From IMG/VR virus record IMGVR_UViG_3300009372_000131: 37,103 nt of DNA; one strand, written 5' to 3'. Positions 27,777 through 33,148 of the stretch are shown piece after piece. The number at the start of each line of letters is the position of its first letter. Positions within the stretch are counted from its first letter, which is position 1. Source of the DNA: a virus. The notes under the pieces were generated by a model. The model saw only the letters and a list, made by a program, of their open reading frames with translations, ran no database searches and was not told the origin of the DNA. The position numbers and the translations under genes are program-made.

Positions 27777-27779
27777 AAC

Positions 27780-27995
27780 TCAGCGCACCCCCAGATCTGT
27801 CAGCTTGAGTCTGCCTGATTGAGATGTACGCATCTTGTGGTGATGCAGCTGCAGACCATCAGCGGTCAAGACAATCACTCCATCGATTCCTTCCCCAGGC
27901 TTAGGCACCTGGTGTGTGCGGTAGGAACGACAGGCAAGCGTGAGCAGACTCAAGCTCAGGGCTGTGAGGATCACAACCTTGCACGGTAATTTCAT
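27780..27995 (-). CDS. Small secreted protein/lipoprotein candidate
   Basis: 71 aa. The signal-like MKLPCKVVILTALSLSLLTLAC has Cys after the hydrophobic core. ATGA overlap with the upstream mini-ORF. The stop lies 3 nt before the methyltransferase GTG. Confidence 0.5.
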   Translation of the reverse strand: MKLPCKVVILTALSLSLLTLACRSYRTHQVPKPGEGIDGVIVLTADGLQLHHHKMRTSQSGRLKLTDLGVR

Positions 27996-28117
27996 TTGCA
28001 GATCCTCCAGAGAATGTAGGGCACACCTAGGATCAGCGCTGAGATTAGCAGCATCCGCAGCACACCCCAGCTGAACATCACCAGGTAGATCAGGAAGTCA
28101 ATGAGTGGCTCAACCAT
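27992..28117 (-). CDS. 41-aa hydrophobic membrane peptide (not in the ORF track)
   Basis: Hand translation gives MVEPLIDFLIYLVMFSWGVLRMLLISALILGVPYILWRICK. AAGGAG lies 8 nt upstream of the ATG at 28117. Its TGA overlaps the next ATG (ATGA). Confidence 0.45.
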   Translation of the reverse strand: MVEPLIDFLIYLVMFSWGVLRMLLISALILGVPYILWRICK

Positions 28118-28316
28118 CAGAATTTCTCCTTGCTTGCGTGGCTGTGCGATCTTGTTGGATCGCGTGAAAGATGCGCGTCAACGCACTAGATTCAGTGGCG
28201 ATTGCAGCGAGTCTGTTCTCGTTCGCGCACCCTTCAGCCTGCTGCTCTCTGTCTGCTGATTTGCGCCAGTTCCAGTTATGCGCTTGGCATTGCGCGTAGA
28301 AGAGGCGGGGGTTCAT
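28110..28316 (-). CDS. Hypothetical early protein
   Basis: 68 aa ORF in the coupled early operon. No motif recognised. Confidence 0.4.
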   Translation of the reverse strand: MNPRLFYAQCQAHNWNWRKSADREQQAEGCANENRLAAIATESSALTRIFHAIQQDRTATQARRNSDG

Positions 28317-28765
28317 GCCTGCCTCCTGCGCTCTGATGGGGGAGATGCCTCGCCTCTCCGCTGCAATGCTTCAGAGCACGCCGCGTGCAAGCATCTCTCT
28401 CGCAAGATGTCAGCGGCATAATCATGGCTGCCATCGAACACATTTTCTGCTGCTCGAAGTGTCAGCGTGAACTCGCATGGCTCGCCGGCCAAGGTGATTG
28501 AATCCCTGAGCCTGTCCAAGTACCCCGCGAAACATGTCACGCAGAGAGACAAACTGGATCGTTCTGTGCGAGGAGTGGTCCCTTTAGGAACACAATATTC
28601 AGCCTGTCCCCAGCAGTGCGGATGCTCACATCTCTCGCCCTTAGGAGGCAGAGATGAGCGTGGGGGGCGCGGCACCTCTGACTCTATCCCATGATTGCAC
28701 GGCAAGGGCAGGCATTCCCAACCCATTGTGTCGGATAATGTATGTCGTGTTCCCTTATCAATCAT
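28313..28765 (-). CDS. Hypothetical Cys-rich early protein
   Basis: 150 aa. ATGA overlap with the integrase stop. Cys pairs CLPLPC, CEHPHC and CVTC suggest metal binding. Function unknown. Confidence 0.45.
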   Translation of the reverse strand: MIDKGTRHTLSDTMGWECLPLPCNHGIESEVPRPPRSSLPPKGERCEHPHCWGQAEYCVPKGTTPRTERSSLSLCVTCFAGYLDRLRDSITLAGEPCEFTLTLRAAENVFDGSHDYAADILRERCLHAACSEALQRRGEASPPSERRRQA

Positions 28766-29817
28766 GACTCATCCCCCTCAGGCGCATATCTGCGTTCCAT
28801 CGCATCCCTTGCACCTGTCAAGTGGTCTGGTGCCAGATGTGCATAGGTGTGCGTGACCTGCACGCTCGAATGCCCAAGCCATTTGCTCACTTCGTAGAGC
28901 GAGATCCCGCTCATGACCAGGCGGGAGGCACAGGTATGCCTCAAGGTATGCGGGGTGATGCCAGCAGGGTCAAGGCCGGTCTTCAGCTTCGCTCGATTCC
29001 ACTGCTTGCCAAAGGTAGCCTGATTGATTGCGAAAGGCACAGGCAAACCATCAGCGTGCCTCGTCTTCATCACATGCAAGGCACGCTCAGGAATAGGAAC
29101 GCTCCTGTTCTTGTTTGACTTTGTACGAGTGAAGGTGACCTGGCCGCGGTCGAGATCAACATTGTCCCAGGTTAGACTCAATGCCTCACCTACTCGACAC
29201 CCTGTCCACAGCAGGAAGACTGCCAGGTCATGCGCTGCCTGCGAGATAGTGAGCAGAGCCTGGAACATCTCAGTCAATTCATCCTCGCTCAAGAATCGCG
29301 CTTCCTTCGCCGGCTCATGCACATGAGGCAGCTTGGGACGGTCGCTGATCCAGCGCTCTTCCAGGGCTACAGTGAGCATGCGCCCAAGCGTAGACACAAT
29401 GCGCTTCACCGTGCTAGGTGCCAGGTCAGCCTGTTGCAGCGAGGTGATCAACTCACGCACGCTGCCTGTTGTGATTGACTTGATAGGCGTGCTCTCACCC
29501 ATCTCTTCTATGATCCTGCCTGTTGTGCTTGTGACCGTGTCCTCTGAAGGAGATCCAGCCCAGACATGATCAAGACAGTAGGTACGCAATTGCTCGAGCG
29601 TCTCAGGCGCTGCACCCTTAGACAGTCTGCGGCCTGACGCACGACGCGGGTCTGACCCTTCGAGAATTGCAGCACGCATCCTGAGCTGCGCCAGCTCTGC
29701 CTCCTGCTCTGTCGGATAGCTGCACCTGATGCGCTTCTGCACACCGTGCACATCTTTGAACGACAGGTCTACCTGCCATGAATCAGCTCTGCGCTTGATC
29801 ACTCCTGAACTTGTCAT
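28762..29817 (-). CDS. int: Tyrosine recombinase / phage integrase
   Basis: 351 aa. TGCRVGEALSL (Arg I), HTLRHTCASRL (H-x-x-R), LGHSSVQVTHTYAHL (His/Tyr nucleophile region). AAGGAGG/GAGGAG lies upstream of the ATG. Confidence 0.95.
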   Translation of the reverse strand: MTSSGVIKRRADSWQVDLSFKDVHGVQKRIRCSYPTEQEAELAQLRMRAAILEGSDPRRASGRRLSKGAAPETLEQLRTYCLDHVWAGSPSEDTVTSTTGRIIEEMGESTPIKSITTGSVRELITSLQQADLAPSTVKRIVSTLGRMLTVALEERWISDRPKLPHVHEPAKEARFLSEDELTEMFQALLTISQAAHDLAVFLLWTGCRVGEALSLTWDNVDLDRGQVTFTRTKSNKNRSVPIPERALHVMKTRHADGLPVPFAINQATFGKQWNRAKLKTGLDPAGITPHTLRHTCASRLVMSGISLYEVSKWLGHSSVQVTHTYAHLAPDHLTGARDAMERRYAPEGDES

Positions 29818-29877
29818 CTCCTCAATTCCTCCTTCGGCAGCGCCTGGGCTGACTTGCCCAAATACTCTGCTTACCCT

Positions 29878-29906
29878 TTTATATCGGCAGGGCTCTCAGG
29901 GTTCAA
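29878..29906 (-). promoter_or_regulatory. Sigma-70-type promoter candidate for the integrase-led early operon
   Basis: The minus strand reads TTGAAC-17 nt-TATAAA (-35 at 29901-29906, -10 at 29878-29883), about 60 nt upstream of the integrase ATG. Confidence 0.5.
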
Positions 29907-29953
29907 CCCCCTAGTCCATATAAAAGTGTGCCATACCCTCCGTGCCATCAAGA

Positions 29954-29983
29954 TGGGTTAGCCTCTGGGATCTTGGGTTAGCC
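29954..29983. repeat. Two direct copies of TGGGTTAGCC spaced 20 bp apart in the divergent intergenic region
   Basis: Copies at 29954-29963 and 29974-29983. A third extended copy, GGGTTAGCCCT, is at 31809-31819. Confidence 0.6.
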
Positions 29984-30114
29984 CTAGACAGCCAGGAAAC
30001 CCAGTTCTAGGTGCCTGGTTTGGGGTTTGTTTGGGGTGTGCTGTCCTGCTCTTGGGGCGCAAGAATGAGGGCTGTGCTCTTTCTCTTTGTGCCGATAGGA
30101 TAGGGATTCAGGCA

Positions 30115-31029
30115 ATGGTGCCTGTCCAAACAACGGACAAGACAATGACAACCAGAATTGAACTAGAGCGCGATATCCAAGAGCGATGGACCGCGATACA
30201 AGACAAAGCCCGCACAATCAGGGTACCGCTCCCAAAGAAATTGACCCTATTAGGCTCGAGCCGAAAGGTAGCGAAGTCAGACAAAACCTTCCCGGACACT
30301 AGGTCAAGGATCCTATACCTATCGCCGGCGCATGAGGCATTCTCTGACGGGGCAGACGATGGGCGCACGCTTTGCCCTTGGGCTACTCCACAGTGTGCTG
30401 CTGCGTGCCTAGCCCACAATGCCGGACAACTGGCGCTGCCCCATTCAAAGATGGCGCGCATTTGGAAGACCACTCTATTTCTCGGTGACCGACTCGCTTT
30501 CCGCGCTCTGCTCAAGAGTGAGCTCGAGGCATTTCAGGCGGCATGCGAAAAGGCTAGTCTAAAGCCAGCTGTCCGCTTAGACGGAGGCAGCGATACTGGG
30601 GAGGCTGCGGTCTGGTTTAGGAATTACCCAAAAATTCAGTTTTTTGATTACACGAAAAGTTATCTGCGCGCACTAGTTCACAGCGCCTGGCGGGCCTCGA
30701 GAACTGACGGAGTGGAAGGCAAAGACTCCAATTGGACGGTGTGCTTTTCATTTGATGGGACCGAAACCGGCCACCGTAATGCAAAGCGTATTCTCAAAGC
30801 CGGCGGGACCGTATCAGTTGTCTTCAATGTGCGTCCAGAGACAAGACACCGCACAGCCGATCTTCTACCAGACTCTTGGAACGGGTTCCCAGTTTTTGAC
30901 GGTGATGAGCATGACTTTCTACCCGCTGATCCAATTGGAGCGGTACGCGGGCTGAGGTTTAAAGCCCTACGGGACCGGGCCGGCATGCTCAAGGCAGCGG
31001 GCTCATTTGTGCAGGAGGTACAGTCATGA
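30115..31029 (+). CDS. GP88-family-like protein with a Cys cluster (conserved phage protein of unknown function)
   Basis: The frame is open from 30031 (TTG). The first ATG is at 30115, with an alternative at 30145. LCPWATPQCAAACL, VRLDGGSD, IQFFDYTK, VSVVFN, FDGDEHDF and GLRFKA fit the CP.as.gC...CL / vRLNg.SD / vqfYDYTK / vdGD.hDlRf pattern I recall for this family. Confidence 0.6.
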   Translation: MVPVQTTDKTMTTRIELERDIQERWTAIQDKARTIRVPLPKKLTLLGSSRKVAKSDKTFPDTRSRILYLSPAHEAFSDGADDGRTLCPWATPQCAAACLAHNAGQLALPHSKMARIWKTTLFLGDRLAFRALLKSELEAFQAACEKASLKPAVRLDGGSDTGEAAVWFRNYPKIQFFDYTKSYLRALVHSAWRASRTDGVEGKDSNWTVCFSFDGTETGHRNAKRILKAGGTVSVVFNVRPETRHRTADLLPDSWNGFPVFDGDEHDFLPADPIGAVRGLRFKALRDRAGMLKAAGSFVQEVQS

Positions 31030-31307
31030 AGGAAGTACACAATACCGCGCCAGGCTTGCGGCCATTCAACACGAAAGCACGCTATAGGGTATCGGTAACA
31101 GGTGAGCTGGCCAGACGCTACCAACAGGCTGAGTATGGACGGGTCTTAGGGGTTGCGGTACTATTCTCAACTCGGACAGTCAAAGAATCTTGGGAAGTAG
31201 CTATGCGAGTCGTGGAGTGTGCTGCGGATATTCAGCAGGAAGGAATGATGTTCGGCATGATGGTTCGCATCGACACACTGCGGGAAACAAGGACGGTGCT
31301 CCGATGA
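31026..31307 (+). CDS. Hypothetical 93-aa protein, ATGA-coupled to the GP88-like gene
   Basis: ATGA overlap at 31026-31029. ARYRVSVTGELARRYQQAEYG might be a ribbon-helix-helix-like beta strand plus helix, which is speculative. Confidence 0.45.
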   Translation: MKEVHNTAPGLRPFNTKARYRVSVTGELARRYQQAEYGRVLGVAVLFSTRTVKESWEVAMRVVECAADIQQEGMMFGMMVRIDTLRETRTVLR

Positions 31308-31402
31308 GCTGGCGCGATATCCTAGGCACCGTTTGGATGATCGGGAGCGTGCTGCTGTTTGCAGTTGCCGCTACACTTCCTATCTGGCATAAAAGGGAAT
31401 AA
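31304..31402 (+). CDS. 32-aa single-TM peptide, ATGA-coupled
   Basis: ATG at 31304 overlaps the TGA of the previous gene. MSWRDILGTVWMIGSVLLFAVAATLPIWHKRE. Confidence 0.4.
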   Translation: MSWRDILGTVWMIGSVLLFAVAATLPIWHKRE

Positions 31403-31481
31403 GCGCGCGCTCTTGAGCCCTTGGCAGCCCTACAGCTCTTGCGAGTTGTGGGGCTTCTTCGTAGGCATGCGGCATGCGCGG

Positions 31482-31560
31482 GAGTGCTGAAGCGTCTAGA
31501 GCGTGCTCAAGCGTGCTCAAGCGTGCTGAAGCGTGCTGAAGCGTGCTCAAGCGTGGGCAA
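31482..31560. repeat. Array of about 8 tandem 10-bp repeats, consensus GCGTGCTSAA
   Basis: 31501-31560 reads gcgtgctcaa gcgtgctcaa gcgtgctgaa gcgtgctgaa gcgtgctcaa gcgtgggcaa, preceded by the degenerate copies gagtgctgaa gcgtctaga. Confidence 0.95.
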
Positions 31561-31653
31561 TCACAGAAAAAAAGCGTCACGGGGTTCCAGCCTCGCAAGG
31601 GCACACAATGTGGACGCCAGGTGCCTGCAATGGGGGCTGATCGGGTGCCACAG

Positions 31654-31665
31654 TCCCTATAGGGA
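31654..31665. repeat. Perfect 12-bp palindrome TCCCTATAGGGA (contains the TATAGGGA promoter-core-like string on both strands)
   Basis: Read directly. It lies in a noncoding region. Confidence 0.8.
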
Positions 31666-31854
31666 ATCGGAACCCTAGGCTGGACAAGAGTTTGCGTCAA
31701 TCCGCGCCCAATCAGTGTGCCCGCAGGAGTCGAGAGGGTAGGGGATCGCCCTAACGCAGCGCGGGAAGACCCTCCCCCCCCTAGGACATACCCACGGGGG
31801 GCGCTGACGGGTTAGCCCTGCGTATGTTGCCTGCTCATAATTTGTGAACTGAAA

Positions 31855-32109
31855 TCATCGAGGCATCAGATCTAGAGCCGCTTCCACATCATCAAGATTC
31901 CTGAACGACCTACACAATGTAGCGCCTCTGGCGTTGAAGCTGATGCCCCAGCCTAGCCCCTTCGCATACATCGCCAGCGCTTCAGTCCTAGTCAGTTCAG
32001 GTTTCCTCTCCAGCTCTTCGATGCGCTCAAGCAGCCTGTCAGTCTCTGTACGCACTTGAGCAGCTAGGTGAGGATCATGCTTCGCAATCCAATCAAAGTA
32101 CTTGCTCAT
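31855..32109 (-). CDS. Hypothetical early protein
   Basis: 84 aa with helical, protein-like composition (LLERIEELERKPELTRTEALAMYAKGLGW). SD AGAGG lies 6 nt upstream of the ATG. Confidence 0.5.
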   Translation of the reverse strand: MSKYFDWIAKHDPHLAAQVRTETDRLLERIEELERKPELTRTEALAMYAKGLGWGISFNARGATLCRSFRNLDDVEAALDLMPR

Positions 32110-32142
32110 CTGCCGCCTCTAGTGCTCATCTGCCGCCTCTAG
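32103..32142. repeat. Perfect tandem duplication (2 x 20 bp, TGCTCATCTGCCGCCTCTAG) spanning the SD and start codon of the 84-aa gene
   Basis: 32103-32122 is identical to 32123-32142. Confidence 0.95.
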
Positions 32143-32324
32143 AGGGTGGGGGACCTGCCCCGCGTACCCCGGAGCCTATCCTAGCAATTGACCACGATCT
32201 GCCTGCTGATGTAGACATGTAAGCACCTGGCCTGTCAGTCTGTCTCATACTCGGAGCTAGCTCACGCTGAGGAACCTTGAGGCTTGCTCTGCGCCTTGAA
32301 GCACCCCCTCCACCAATCCTGAGA

Positions 32325-32687
32325 TCAGCTCGAGGTGCAATCAGGTGGCTCATGCTGATCTCTGAATCGTGTGGATATTTCATGCTTTTCTTCGGGGTCA
32401 AATGCCTGAACCCAGCCTAGCGCCAGGTTGTAATTGTCTCTTACTATAAGTGTCAAGATCTGCTCTAAACAACGCACATCCTGCTCACTGAGCTTGATGC
32501 CTAGCATGTCATCTACAGCGTGCAGGAGCTCATGCAGCACGGTCAGCTGCAGTTCAGGGAACCTCAGTGTGCTGATATTGATGCTTTGCGTTTGAGGATC
32601 GTATGCCCCCCAGCCATCTAGATCAGGGTCATAGACCACCTTCAGCTGTTGCACGCCTACCTGGAGTGTACAGAGCGTGCGTTGCAT
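32325..32687 (-). CDS. Small HExxH-motif protein (putative zinc metallopeptidase, ImmA/IrrE- or SprT-like)
   Basis: 120 aa. LQLTVLHELLHAV contains HELLH. It is the first ORF after the repeat/promoter region. Confidence 0.45.
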   Translation of the reverse strand: MQRTLCTLQVGVQQLKVVYDPDLDGWGAYDPQTQSINISTLRFPELQLTVLHELLHAVDDMLGIKLSEQDVRCLEQILTLIVRDNYNLALGWVQAFDPEEKHEISTRFRDQHEPPDCTSS

Positions 32688-32765
32688 ATGAGGAAGTGGA
32701 AGGGGCTAGGTGTCTAGAGATCTCGGCAAATGTGGCACACCAGGCCCCCTCCTTTCTTCTTCCCT

Positions 32766-32795
32766 TCTTAAGAAGTCTTAAGAAGTCTTAAGATG
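32766..32795. repeat. Three tandem 10-bp repeats, TCTTAAGAAG (third copy TCTTAAGATG). The core TCTTAAGA is palindromic.
   Basis: Read directly. A further TCTTAAGA lies at 32959-32966. Confidence 0.9.
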
Positions 32796-32804
32796 GCTTG
32801 GGTC

Positions 32805-32821
32805 GGGGATTTAAAATCCCC
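32805..32821. repeat. Hairpin / near-palindrome GGGGATTTAAAATCCCC
   Basis: GGGGAT and ATCCCC arms around TTAAA. Confidence 0.7.
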
Positions 32822-32856
32822 TCCCCTGTTCTTAGTCCTAGTCTGGGGAGTCTTTT

Positions 32857-32876
32857 TATATATATATATATATATA
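32857..32876. repeat. (TA)10 microsatellite flanked by GGGGAGTCTTT / GGGGGTCTTT
   Basis: Read directly. Confidence 0.95.
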
Positions 32877-32889
32877 GGGGGTCTTTCCC

Positions 32890-32912
32890 TCTCCCTATAC
32901 TGGTCCCGCATG
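32890..32912 (-). promoter_or_regulatory. T7-class phage promoter candidate
   Basis: The minus strand reads CAGTATAGGGAGA (32902 down to 32890) against the T7 consensus CACTATAGGGAGA, 12 of 13 positions. It is in a noncoding region on the gene-sense strand. Confidence 0.4.
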
Positions 32913-32969
32913 TCCTAGGGCCTTAGAACAGGGGTATTTGAATTTGTCATCACAGCAGTCTTAAGAGGG

Positions 32970-33008
32970 CTTGTGATCTCTTGTGATCTCTTGTGATGCC
33001 TGTGATGC
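32970..33008. repeat. Four tandem copies of CTTGTGATCT-like repeats (TGTGAT spaced 10, 10 and 9 bp)
   Basis: cttgtgatct cttgtgatct cttgtgatgc ctgtgatgc. An inverted copy, TGTCATCACA, lies at 32945-32954. Confidence 0.9.
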
Positions 33009-33148
33009 CTCTGACCAGGTGTCTTTCGTGATCGTCCCTGTCCGGCTCTCTAAGAGCTTTTTGGCTTGACGGGTGTGTATATGTGGTTTCTGTCCAAAAC
33101 GCAGCCCAGCGCTCTCTCCTTGCCTGTGAGAGTATCCGTGTGTTGTGA

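Noticed and set aside
26816-27778. Frame B ORF (320 aa) as an independent full-length protein
   Set aside because: Its first ~165 residues look like an out-of-frame reading of the methyltransferase catalytic domain. Only the 27280-26912 part is protein-like, and it is kept as a finding rather than a gene.
29891-29925. tRNA 3'-half-like sequence (GGGTTCAACCCCC) as an attP core
   Set aside because: The T-stem would have a mismatch and no proper acceptor/CCA context. The GTTCAA is better explained as the -35 (TTGAAC) of a promoter with perfect 17-nt spacing to TATAAA on the other strand.
30017-30040. Telomere-like GGTTTGGGGTTTGTTTGGGGTGTG as a G-quadruplex
   Set aside because: It has only two or three G4 runs, too few for a stable intramolecular quadruplex, and no supporting context.
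31482-31560. CRISPR array
   Set aside because: The repeats are 10 bp, directly abutting with no spacers, and there are no cas genes.
31380-31700. 106-aa minus-strand ORF
   Set aside because: Its sequence is simply the translated 10-bp repeat array (LSTLQHASARLSTLEHAL) plus flanking noncoding DNA. It has no SD.
31780-31790. 11-bp inverted repeat CCCTAGGACAT (also at 32910-32920) flanking the early-gene block
   Set aside because: About one such match is expected by chance within 1.5 kb of noncoding DNA, and no further similarity extends from it.
32126-32401. 91-aa minus-strand ORF between the HExxH gene and the 84-aa gene
   Set aside because: Gly/Arg/Ser/Pro-rich composition typical of a non-coding frame, and it overlaps the HExxH gene by 77 nt. 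Its stop does sit in the duplicated ATGA context, so a short real ORF cannot be fully excluded.
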